A stretch of 51,914 bases of DNA from an uncultured Bacteriovoracaceae bacterium (GCA_964352945.1 CAYGTU010000002.1:1-51914), one strand, 5' to 3'; counted from the first letter of the stretch, positions 16,695 through 24,537 are shown. A program made the numbers and translations. The notes: generated by a model from the letters alone, not told the origin.

Positions 16695-16706
16695 GAATTT
16701 GAATTT

Positions 16707-16758
16707 GGTACCAGTAGACTTTCAAGGAGACGGTGCTTCCACTAAAGTCTAGTGGCAC
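16707..16758 (+). repeat. REP-like palindromic element (full length)
   Basis: GGTACCAGTAGACT TTCAA GGAGACGGTGCTTCC ACTAA AGTCTAGTGGCAC. Confidence 0.9.
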
Positions 16759-17090
16759 CAAAACCGCCAAAACCGAAGATTATAGTATTGTCTTCCGTTC
16801 TATTTGTATGGGTAGTGCGCTATGAAAATATTGTCGCTGAGTTTAAGCAATATAATTTACCAGATTGGCTAAGAGACTTAGTTGGTGTTCTTAAAGTAAG
16901 TTTTGTGATTATGCTACTAAATGATAATTATCTCATAGTGCAAATTGGTTCAGGTGGTATTGTCTGTCTTATGATTGCTGCACTTTTTACTCATTTACGT
17001 ATAAAAAACCCTGTGAATAAAATGTTGCCAGCTTTAACATTGTTGATTTTCAGCTTAACTATTTTTCTTACGACTTTTAAGACAATTTAA
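16752..17090 (+). CDS. DoxX-like membrane protein, probably N-terminally truncated
   Basis: FKQYNLPDWLRDLVGVLKVSFVIMLL...GGIVCLMIAALFTHLRIKNP resembles the DoxX-like family. The only available start (GTG at 16752) lies inside the REP-like element. Confidence 0.45.
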   Translation: MAPKPPKPKIIVLSSVLFVWVVRYENIVAEFKQYNLPDWLRDLVGVLKVSFVIMLLNDNYLIVQIGSGGIVCLMIAALFTHLRIKNPVNKMLPALTLLIFSLTIFLTTFKTI

Positions 17091-17119
17091 AATACTTGGA
17101 GTCGTTTCACTTCTGCCAA

Positions 17120-17596
17120 TCAATCTAAACAATACCTTTCAAATACTCCGCTGTGTTCTGGATAAATCTTTGAGAGCTCAGCTTTTTTTCCCATTACAAA
17201 GTCGTTAAAGTCAAAGCCAGGTGAGACTGTGCAGCCAACGAATGAAAACTCGCCAAGAGAGGTACTTGCAAACCAATTTCCTGCAGGAACAAAGTGTTGA
17301 AGCTTTTGCCCCTTACTAATGTCAGGGCCAATAATAGTTTCAATGAGTTTTCCATTAGGTGCAATTTCAATAAGTCTTAAGGGAGAGCCTAAATGAAAAT
17401 GCCATCCTTCATCAGATTTAAGTCTATGTAGATGGCTTATTGATTTATCTGTAATGAGAAAGTGAATAGCAGTAGAGCTATTTCGAATACCTTGAGCTGA
17501 ATCTATTTCAATCTCACTTCTATAGGTTTCTTTAAAATAGCCGCCTTCAGGGTGGGGCTCCATTTGATAATGCTTTATTAGATCGTTTTTATTCAT
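17120..17596 (-). CDS. cupin superfamily protein (DUF985)
   Basis: MNKNDLIKHYQMEPHPEGGYFKETYRS is the characteristic DUF985 N-terminus. The track ORF extends to 17617. Confidence 0.8.
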   Translation of the reverse strand: MNKNDLIKHYQMEPHPEGGYFKETYRSEIEIDSAQGIRNSSTAIHFLITDKSISHLHRLKSDEGWHFHLGSPLRLIEIAPNGKLIETIIGPDISKGQKLQHFVPAGNWFASTSLGEFSFVGCTVSPGFDFNDFVMGKKAELSKIYPEHSGVFERYCLD

Positions 17597-17738
17597 GAAA
17601 ATATTATAGACCTTCAATAGTTAAATTCCAAGGTGTTAGCTAGCTAGATTATAAACTCTGTCACACTTGATAAATATCAATGCACGTCGTTAATTAAATC
17701 TGTAGAAGAACTCATTAGAAATTAACTAGGAGAGTATT

Positions 17739-18383
17739 ATGAGAAGAGTTGTTACATTTTGTTTAGTTTTAATATTTAATTTTAATGCTTATGCATTCGC
17801 AAAGGGACCAGAGGTCAATAATGTAGAGATGCAGAAAAAAGAATTTATCCAAAATATAGATAAGCTTATAGCTAGTGAAAAAAAGAATCCAACCTCAAAA
17901 GAAAATGTAAGAAGAAAAATTCAAAGAAATCTCGATCATGTAGAAAAAAAACAAAAAAGAATTATAAGCAAAATGAATAAACTTTCTAGACATGGAAAGC
18001 TTAAGGCGATTAACAGGAAAATAATAAAACTAAAAAAAGTTAATCCCAAAATTGAGATCCCACTCGTAACTGAAGAAAATATTGATCAAGTAATGTTTGC
18101 TCTAAACGACGCTGAGGGAATTCAGAGAATTGGAGATGAAGCACTTATGGAATATGACCGTTATAGTACTCATCTAGAATACTTAGAGAGCGTTAAAGTA
18201 AACTTTGAAAAATCAAGTGAAGCTGGTGAAGTAGCATTAACTGTTATCGTAACTTTAGCAATATGGGTAGGAATTCCATTTTTAATCTGGGGAGTACCAG
18301 CTCTTATCGTTATAGGATATTTTTTGGGCGGATTAGCGGTCATATTTGGGATTTTTGCTCTTATGGTTTCTGGTATTAGATAA
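17739..18383 (+). CDS. hypothetical Lys-rich secreted protein with C-terminal TM segments
   Basis: Signal peptide MRRVVTFCLVLIFNFNAYA. Lys-rich coiled region. Two C-terminal hydrophobic helices. Confidence 0.5.
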   Translation: MRRVVTFCLVLIFNFNAYAFAKGPEVNNVEMQKKEFIQNIDKLIASEKKNPTSKENVRRKIQRNLDHVEKKQKRIISKMNKLSRHGKLKAINRKIIKLKKVNPKIEIPLVTEENIDQVMFALNDAEGIQRIGDEALMEYDRYSTHLEYLESVKVNFEKSSEAGEVALTVIVTLAIWVGIPFLIWGVPALIVIGYFLGGLAVIFGIFALMVSGIR

Positions 18384-18386
18384 ATA

Positions 18387-18438
18387 GGTGCCAGCAGACT
18401 TTCAAGGAGACGGTGCTTCCACTAAAGTCTGCTGGCAC
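18387..18438 (+). repeat. REP-like palindromic element (full length, perfect 13-bp outer stem)
   Basis: GGTGCCAGCAGACT TTCAA GGAGACGGTGCTTCC ACTAA AGTCTGCTGGCAC. Starts 3 nt after the TAA stop. Confidence 0.95.
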
Positions 18439-18497
18439 GATTGGAAAAATTGACAATTACTCCAGTAGGGTAAACAATTTATAGCAAGAGGAATTAT

Positions 18498-19199
18498 ATG
18501 AATTTTTATTTCACTGCTTTATTACTGGGCCTACTCGTCAATATTAGCAACAGCTTCGCTAAGATCATTGAAGTATCTCTTTCAGAGCAAGTGTCTTTTC
18601 AAGCAGGGAATACTTATCACCTCAAGGGATCATACTTTTCAGTAGAGGTCGGAACTAACCCAGGTACTAAATGTGCTGTTCCTGGATTTAATTGTGGGAG
18701 TGGTTATACACCACCACATCCAACATTTAATATAAACTGCAATTCACATATGCCTTGCGATTATACTGTTATGACTAATGCTAAGGACAGCTCAACCGGA
18801 ATATTGTCAATTGAAAGTGAGTCTAGCTGTGAAAAAAAACAACCAGAGCAATGTTTCATGGCATTTTCCCAGCAACATAAAACAGACGAAGGTTGTATGA
18901 AAATGAAGACGCCTATGGGGAAATATTATTGCCTAGATCGGTTTAAAAATTCCCATCGTCCAGAGAACAAAGCCCTATGTAATAAGCTACCTGCTGAGAT
19001 TTATGCCCTCCGGTGGAACTGTTATTATGAGTATGCCATTCGATACAGGGACCCTTCTTTTTGTGAGAATTATTCGGAGGCAGAAACAAGTGGTAAGGAA
19101 CGATGTTGGTTAAAGATGGCCGATTTGATGAAAGATAAATCACTTTGCAAAAAAATCACTAAAGATAAATCCTATATGGAGCAGTGTCAAGAATTGTAG
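18498..19199 (+). CDS. hypothetical Cys-rich secreted protein
   Basis: Signal peptide MNFYFTALLLGLLVNISNSFA. Many Cys residues. No recognisable domain. Confidence 0.5.
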   Translation: MNFYFTALLLGLLVNISNSFAKIIEVSLSEQVSFQAGNTYHLKGSYFSVEVGTNPGTKCAVPGFNCGSGYTPPHPTFNINCNSHMPCDYTVMTNAKDSSTGILSIESESSCEKKQPEQCFMAFSQQHKTDEGCMKMKTPMGKYYCLDRFKNSHRPENKALCNKLPAEIYALRWNCYYEYAIRYRDPSFCENYSEAETSGKERCWLKMADLMKDKSLCKKITKDKSYMEQCQEL

Positions 19200-19200
19200 A

Positions 19201-19252
19201 GGTGCCAGCAGACTATTTTGGAGACGGTGCTTCCACTAAAGACTCCTGGCAC
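19201..19252 (+). repeat. REP-like palindromic element (full length, variant right arm)
   Basis: GGTGCCAGCAGACT ATTTT GGAGACGGTGCTTCC ACTAA AGACTCCTGGCAC. Starts 1 nt after the TAG stop. Confidence 0.9.
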
Positions 19253-19360
19253 GATTACCTGTATAAAGCTTAGTCACTGTTGATTACGTAGGTATGTAAT
19301 CATCTGAATTTACACTATTTTTCTTTAGTTTTATGGCCCTAAACTTGCTCTATAATAACT

Positions 19361-20338
19361 ATGAAAATACTTCTAAGCTTTATCTTTTTGATTTCTACCC
19401 TAGGGCAAACGTTTGCCTTTGATAAAGATCTCTTTAAGAATCTAGCTATTCAAAATAATATTCCAACTTCAAGTGATGGTTCTTGTTTAAAAACTCGTAG
19501 AGAGGTTATTAAGCAACTTTATAATGAAGCTGTAGAAGTAACGCCACCTGAGGGACTAAAAGAGCATATCGATTGCTTGGCGCTTCTAAAAAATTTTAAA
19601 CACGATAAAAAATTTCAAGAGTATTCACCAAGTTGGAATGATATTTTATTCGCTAAAGATCAAGGATCGAAAAGAATTGAGGGTAAAATGAATTATATGG
19701 GATTCGTCCCTCAAAAATATAGTTATGATATAAAGAGAAATGAGCTTAATGGTTATGATATTTCTGTAAATATATATGTGAAACGATGGAAGCTCTGGAG
19801 AGGTTCTAAGCTTATGAATCATTCAGTTTCTGTAAGGGATAAACACCAGAAAAGAATTTTTGATAAAATACTTGAAGAAGTTAATTCGGTTTGGAATTCA
19901 AATGAGCATAATATTCGATTTAAATTCCAAAGGGTAGAAGACCAAAATCAAGCGAATTTTTCAATAAATGTTGTTCAAAGTTTGGCGCCACTTAAATATA
20001 ACTCTAAGTGGACTTGGTTTGTAACAGACAATATTCATATAACAGATAAGCAACTCACCACGGATTTTGATTTCACTTCATCTCTAAAAACATACGCTCA
20101 CGAAGTAGGCCACATGTTGGGACTTGAAGATGAGTATAGCTTACCTAAATTCCCATTGGGTGTAGTTGCTGGATTTGTTGAAAAAAAATTAAATTCAGAT
20201 AAAAAATACAATGAATTAAAAACGGATAAATGGGTTAGAGGTTGCGATCAAACATCCATAATGTGTAAGGATCCGGGTGATAAGGTTTTTGTAAATGATT
20301 ATCACTACTATTTAATTTTAAGGCGCTATCTCAAATAG
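19361..20338 (+). CDS. secreted zinc metalloprotease-like protein (HExxHxxGxxD)
   Basis: Signal peptide. AHEVGHMLGLEDEY motif and a downstream SIMC possible Met-turn. Confidence 0.55.
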   Translation: MKILLSFIFLISTLGQTFAFDKDLFKNLAIQNNIPTSSDGSCLKTRREVIKQLYNEAVEVTPPEGLKEHIDCLALLKNFKHDKKFQEYSPSWNDILFAKDQGSKRIEGKMNYMGFVPQKYSYDIKRNELNGYDISVNIYVKRWKLWRGSKLMNHSVSVRDKHQKRIFDKILEEVNSVWNSNEHNIRFKFQRVEDQNQANFSINVVQSLAPLKYNSKWTWFVTDNIHITDKQLTTDFDFTSSLKTYAHEVGHMLGLEDEYSLPKFPLGVVAGFVEKKLNSDKKYNELKTDKWVRGCDQTSIMCKDPGDKVFVNDYHYYLILRRYLK

Positions 20339-20371
20339 GTGCCAGCAGACTTTCAAGGAGACGGTGCTTCC
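20338..20371 (+). repeat. REP-like element, left half only
   Basis: GGTGCCAGCAGACTTTCAAGGAGACGGTGCTTCC, then unrelated sequence. Its first G is the last base of the TAG stop at 20336-20338. Confidence 0.85.
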
Positions 20372-20477
20372 TTTTATAAATCTCAATTTCATTTGTGAAA
20401 AATGAATACATTAAACGTGTTCAATATTGTTTTAAGAATAATTTTTTAGTAATTCCTCAAAACTGCTGGAGGAAGCA

Positions 20478-20772
20478 TTGTCAGAAATTACACCTAGTGA
20501 TTTTATGTTTAAATTGTCTAAAAAAGAATATGAAGATTTAAGGTTCCAATTTGGAACCTTAAAAAATGCAACAAAGGGGAGAAAATATCTTCCATCTGTA
20601 TTTACTGAATATGGGATTGTTGCACTGTCAGGAGTCTTGAATAGTAATATCGCCACTAGGGTGAATATTTCAATTGTGAGGACATTCATTTAAATGAGGC
20701 ATTTACTAGCATCAGATGAATCATTAACTAACAAACTAGAGCAACTTGAAAAGGGTTCAGATAAGTTGTTTC
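20478..20772 (+). pseudogene. decayed ORF6N-domain gene copy
   Basis: Retains the RBS and first codons (TTG TCA GAA ATT ACA versus ATG TCT GAA ATT ACA at 15976). Has an internal deletion of about 44 codons, an in-frame TAA at 20691-20693, and a 3' truncation after nucleotide-level identity with 16350-16405. Confidence 0.75.
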
Positions 20773-20845
20773 ACTAAACCTATAGAATTTTCAATCTAGG
20801 TCTTTTCTGTTGAAGAGCATTCAAGTATATATTAGAAGTAAATCA

Positions 20846-21670
20846 ATGAAATTATTGCTTTTTTTAATCATAATTGTTTTAAACTCTCCTGTATTTTCTG
20901 GTGTAGTAACTCCTGCAACTAAATGGCAACAGTCAGATATTCGCGTTTGCTGGGCCAGTGCTGGATTAGAGTTTAATAATTGTGGTGGTGAACTAACTAA
21001 ATTTAGAACTAATCAAGTTGCAGCTGCTTTTGCTAATGTTGGTAAAATCAAAAAAATAATTCAATCTACTATTGAAAAAAATTACACTATCGAAAATGTA
21101 GGGATCCAATTTTCTGGTTGGCATAAATGCCCTAAAAAAGATCTAGAAAAACAATACGATGCAGTTATAATGATCCGTTCCTCTTTTGATAGAGTTCAAA
21201 ATTTTGGTGCTGGATCAAGTGTAGGAGACTGTAGAATAAAAAGAGAGAATGGTTTTTCTTCTATAGGTTTTAGTGTCACTGTGGGAGCTCGTAAGTGGAA
21301 TTCATGGAATAGTGGAGTTGATTTTGAAACGAGAATTAAACTAAATGCACTTCATGAGTTTGGACATCTAGCAGGTCTTAACCATGAAGATTATATAGAA
21401 GAACATGGAAACTGGCTTTTTGATGAGAAAACGATGGAAAAGGTAGATCAGTACAATCCATTTTCCGTAATGAGCTATGCGTTTTTAGGAATCACAAATA
21501 AATATGGATTATATTTTTCACTAGATCAGCTTCTAGATGCAGGGGAGAGATATAGTAAACATATAACTCACGCACCCCCTTCGCTTCTTCTTGAAGATAA
21601 GCAAATCACAATTAAACCTATCTTAAGTTCTGGAGACGTCCAGTCTCTTAGATATCTTTATAAAAAATAG
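20846..21670 (+). CDS. secreted astacin-like metzincin metalloprotease
   Basis: ATG at 20846 with signal peptide MKLLLFLIIIVLNSPVFSG. HEFGHLAGLNHE fits HExxHxxGxxHE. SVMSY is a candidate Met-turn. Confidence 0.6.
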   Translation: MKLLLFLIIIVLNSPVFSGVVTPATKWQQSDIRVCWASAGLEFNNCGGELTKFRTNQVAAAFANVGKIKKIIQSTIEKNYTIENVGIQFSGWHKCPKKDLEKQYDAVIMIRSSFDRVQNFGAGSSVGDCRIKRENGFSSIGFSVTVGARKWNSWNSGVDFETRIKLNALHEFGHLAGLNHEDYIEEHGNWLFDEKTMEKVDQYNPFSVMSYAFLGITNKYGLYFSLDQLLDAGERYSKHITHAPPSLLLEDKQITIKPILSSGDVQSLRYLYKK

Positions 21671-21677
21671 AAAAATA

Positions 21678-21728
21678 GTGCCAGCAGACTTTCATGGATA
21701 CGGTGCTTCCACTAAAGTCTGCTGGCAC
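21678..21728 (+). repeat. REP-like palindromic element (full length)
   Basis: GTGCCAGCAGACT TTCAT GGATACGGTGCTTCC ACTAA AGTCTGCTGGCAC. Confidence 0.9.
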
Positions 21729-21757
21729 CTTTGACTATCTTCTGGTAAATTTCATTA

Positions 21758-22468
21758 ATGAATAACTCTGAAGAAACTTTAGAAATTCTATTTAAAGATG
21801 AATACTATGTCGCCATCAACAAGCCCCATGGCCTCATGGTACATAACTCAAAGTTGGCAAGCTTTGCCAACGAATTTGCCATTCAAAGACTTCGAGATCA
21901 GCTTGGTCAACGTGTATTTCCTGCCCATCGAATAGATCGAAAGACCAGTGGAGTTTTGTTATTTGCACTCAGTAAAGAGGCATTGGTTAAGATACGCAGT
22001 TTATTTGAAGCTCATGAAATCGAGAAGACATATTTAAGCATACTCCGTGGACATACAGAATTTTCAGGGCTGATTGACTACCCACTTAGAAGTGAAAACG
22101 GAAGGCTTAAAGAAGCCCAAACGAATTATAAAACCTTGGCCCATTCGGAAATAGAAATACCTTTAGGTAAACATAATACTTCCAGATACTCTTTAGTAGA
22201 GGCCAAACCCATAACAGGAAGGATGCATCAACTGCGCAAACACTTTGCCCATATTTTTCATCCCATCATTGGCGACAGACCACATGGGTGTAGTAAGCAA
22301 AATAAACTTTTTAAAGAAAAATGGGAAATGAGTAGTATGTTACTGCACGCCTCAACACTTGAATTCATCCATCCTTATACTAAAGAGCAATTACATATTA
22401 AGGCAACTCCTTCTTCGGAGTTTAAGCGAATGCTTAAAACTTTAAAATTTGATTCCCCTAATGATTAA
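21758..22468 (+). CDS. truC: tRNA pseudouridine synthase C-like (RluA family)
   Basis: LEILFKDEYYVAINKPHGLMVH...LGQRVFPAHRIDRKTSGVLLFA...YLSILRG aligns closely by eye with E. coli TruC. Confidence 0.75.
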   Translation: MNNSEETLEILFKDEYYVAINKPHGLMVHNSKLASFANEFAIQRLRDQLGQRVFPAHRIDRKTSGVLLFALSKEALVKIRSLFEAHEIEKTYLSILRGHTEFSGLIDYPLRSENGRLKEAQTNYKTLAHSEIEIPLGKHNTSRYSLVEAKPITGRMHQLRKHFAHIFHPIIGDRPHGCSKQNKLFKEKWEMSSMLLHASTLEFIHPYTKEQLHIKATPSSEFKRMLKTLKFDSPND

Positions 22469-23129
22469 AGATCTTGAAGAACGTATTATTTATGAAGATG
22501 AAGAATTAATTGTAGTTAACAAGCCCTATAATATGCCCTCAAGCGGACGCTCACTTGATGATGAGGACTGTTTACAGTTTTGCTTAATAAAGCGGCAGAG
22601 GGCGATGGTTTGGGCCATTCATCAGCTTGATGCGGATACAACTGGGGTAAATATTTTTGTAAAACAAAAAAAATTGGTTCCCATATATAAAAAATCTTTA
22701 GAACAAAGAAATTCTAATAAAGTCTACTTAGCAATCGTTCATGGTTCCCCCGAATGGGATGAATGCGAAGAGTTTGGATCAATTGGTATGATTGATGATC
22801 ATAGTCTTGGAATTCATCCAAATGGCAAAAGCGCCCATAGTAAATTTACTGTAATCAAAAGAGGTGTGAAGCATACTTTCATACGAGCGCAGATTTTTAG
22901 TGGGCGCACCCACCAGATACGAATTCATTTAAGCCATCGAGGACATCCAGTAGTTGGAGAATGTTGGTATATTAAACCACCTTGCAAAGAGCATATTCGT
23001 CAGGCCCTTCATTGCCATCAGATACACTTGCTTGAAATGAATTTAATTTTTGAAGCTCCCTTAGCTGAAGATTTAATTCAATTGGTGCCAGCAGACTTTC
23101 AAGGAGACGTTGCTTCCACTAAAGTCTAG
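22449..23129 (+). CDS. RluA-family pseudouridine synthase
   Basis: IIYEDEELIVVNKPYNMPS and HQLDADTTGVNIFV (HRLD..TSG-type catalytic motif); HQIRIHL. The last 15 codons and the TAG stop lie inside the REP-like element. Confidence 0.75.
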   Translation: MIPLMIKDLEERIIYEDEELIVVNKPYNMPSSGRSLDDEDCLQFCLIKRQRAMVWAIHQLDADTTGVNIFVKQKKLVPIYKKSLEQRNSNKVYLAIVHGSPEWDECEEFGSIGMIDDHSLGIHPNGKSAHSKFTVIKRGVKHTFIRAQIFSGRTHQIRIHLSHRGHPVVGECWYIKPPCKEHIRQALHCHQIHLLEMNLIFEAPLAEDLIQLVPADFQGDVASTKV

Positions 23130-23135
23130 TGGCAC
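23084..23135 (+). repeat. REP-like palindromic element (full length)
   Basis: GGTGCCAGCAGACT TTCAA GGAGACGTTGCTTCC ACTAA AGTCTAGTGGCAC. Confidence 0.9.
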
Positions 23136-23284
23136 GTTTAAGTGTCTAATTTATAGACAGTTATTCGATTAGCCTGTCGTTTTTACCTAAAAAAATAGAT
23201 CAAATAATAACTAGTTATACTTACTTTTTTGGCCCCTAGATTGCTTCTACCCTAGTATCAATAAATTAAACATAGGGGAAGGGA

Positions 23285-24442
23285 ATGAAGTTAATTAAAG
23301 GGTTATTATTAGTAACAACGTTATTATCATCTTTTAACATATTTGCAATGAACAAGGCCGAATTGATAGATGCAATAGCTAAAGATGCAGGACTTAGTAA
23401 AGCTGATTCAAAGCGTGCTTTAGAAGCATATATTTCAACAACTGCCTATACAGTTAAACAAAAAGAAAAAATTTCTATATTAGGATTTGGAACTATTTCA
23501 TCAGATGGTACTTCTCCTACATTTAATCCAGATAAAAAATTAACAGTGAGTTCTTATCATCAATATTTTAAAAGTTTTTGGAGTACAGTTCTACAATTCA
23601 ATGCAGAAGAAGTATCTAGAAGTTTAAATCCATTGTATAAAGAAAAAGGTGATAAGGGTGAAATGCCAACATTTGAGGATGGTGGTTATTTCTCTTCAAT
23701 GTCTTATTATGCTGAATCATTTTCAGAAATCTTTACAAAGCTTTCTCCAACAGACATGGTTTCATCTGATAGAGAAGAAAAAGTTAAAATAGCACAAGAA
23801 TTAAATGAATATTTACAAGGTGCAGTTTCAAATCATCTAATAGGTCATGAGCTTGCACATGTTGTTCAACAATCATCATCTAAAATTATGCAAAGTTCAA
23901 CTGGAGCTTTGTTAACTCAATCTTTAGAACAAGAAAAATTTTATATTGACGAAAAAAGTGAAAACTTAGGACTTACTCAAGAACAATTTATTATGATGCA
24001 AATTCTTTTTTATGCTCAAGATTCAATTCTAGATGGTCATGTAACAGTTCTAAAAGCAAGTTCTAAAAAAGATGGACATGTTACAGTATTAAAAGCTGTA
24101 GATCATAGAGGTCATGTAACTGTACTTAAAGCTCATAGCGAAGATGGGCAGGTAACTGAACTTAAAGCGGTAGATCATAGAGGACATGTGACAGTTTTAA
24201 AAGCAGTAGATCATAGAGGACATGTAACGGTTTTAAAAGCGATGGAATCATTTAGCAATACAGCTTCAAATGTAATAGGTAAAAATGATGTTATAAGATT
24301 AGCTGAACTGGGATCATTTGCAATACCTAGAAATGCAGCTGTAACTGGTCGCAATCCACAAACAGGTAAAGAAATTAAAATCGCTGCTAAAAATGTAGTT
24401 AGATTTAAAGCAGGTTCTGAATTAAGCGGTAAAGTTAACTAA
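23285..24442 (+). CDS. chimeric HU-like protein: signal peptide + HU N-terminus + DUF4157-like HExxH segment + 12-aa tandem repeats + HU C-terminus
   Basis: Good RBS GGGGAAGGGA. MKLIKGLLLVTTLLSSFNIFA, then MNKAELIDAIAKDAGLSKADSKRALEAYI..ILGFGT (HU residues 1-50 pattern). GHELAHVVQQ. VDHRGHVTVLKA repeats. C-terminal GRNPQTGKEIKIAAKNVVRFKAGSEL (HU arm). Confidence 0.7.
   Translation: MKLIKGLLLVTTLLSSFNIFAMNKAELIDAIAKDAGLSKADSKRALEAYISTTAYTVKQKEKISILGFGTISSDGTSPTFNPDKKLTVSSYHQYFKSFWSTVLQFNAEEVSRSLNPLYKEKGDKGEMPTFEDGGYFSSMSYYAESFSEIFTKLSPTDMVSSDREEKVKIAQELNEYLQGAVSNHLIGHELAHVVQQSSSKIMQSSTGALLTQSLEQEKFYIDEKSENLGLTQEQFIMMQILFYAQDSILDGHVTVLKASSKKDGHVTVLKAVDHRGHVTVLKAHSEDGQVTELKAVDHRGHVTVLKAVDHRGHVTVLKAMESFSNTASNVIGKNDVIRLAELGSFAIPRNAAVTGRNPQTGKEIKIAAKNVVRFKAGSELSGKVN
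24032..24241 (+). repeat. in-frame 36-nt tandem repeat (about 6 units) encoding (V)DHRGHVTVLKA
   Basis: DGHVTVLKASSKK / DGHVTVLKA / VDHRGHVTVLKA / HSEDGQVTELKA / VDHRGHVTVLKA / VDHRGHVTVLKA. Confidence 0.9.
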
Positions 24443-24447
24443 TAACC

Positions 24448-24498
24448 GTGCCAGCAGACTAGCGTGGAGACGGTGCTTCAACTAAAGTCTGCTGGCAC
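24448..24498 (+). repeat. REP-like palindromic element (full length)
   Basis: GTGCCAGCAGACT AGCGT GGAGACGGTGCTTCA ACTAA AGTCTGCTGGCAC. Confidence 0.9.
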
Positions 24499-24537
24499 AA
24501 ACTTGTCTAGCAATTAAAATAAAGTTATAATTCTTAA

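Noticed and set aside
18388-18400. The left arm GTGCCAGCAG is identical to the start of the universal 16S rRNA 515F site (GTGCCAGCAGCCGCGGTAA). Could these be rRNA fragments?
   Set aside because: Identity ends after about 10 nt (ACT versus CCGCGG) and no other rRNA-like sequence is present. This is a coincidence, although it might cause off-target priming.
11377-20689. Track ORFs 11377..11655, 13534..13767, 14186..14452, 14775..14981, 14852..15052, 14896..15078, 16287..16469, 18943..19143 and 20432..20689
   Set aside because: They overlap better-supported genes or span intergenic repeats. They have low-complexity or AT-driven composition and no translation signals.
24032-24241. 36-nt tandem repeats as a mini CRISPR or satellite
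   Set aside because: The units are contiguous with no spacers and are in frame within a long ORF. They encode a conserved 12-aa peptide with synonymous changes.
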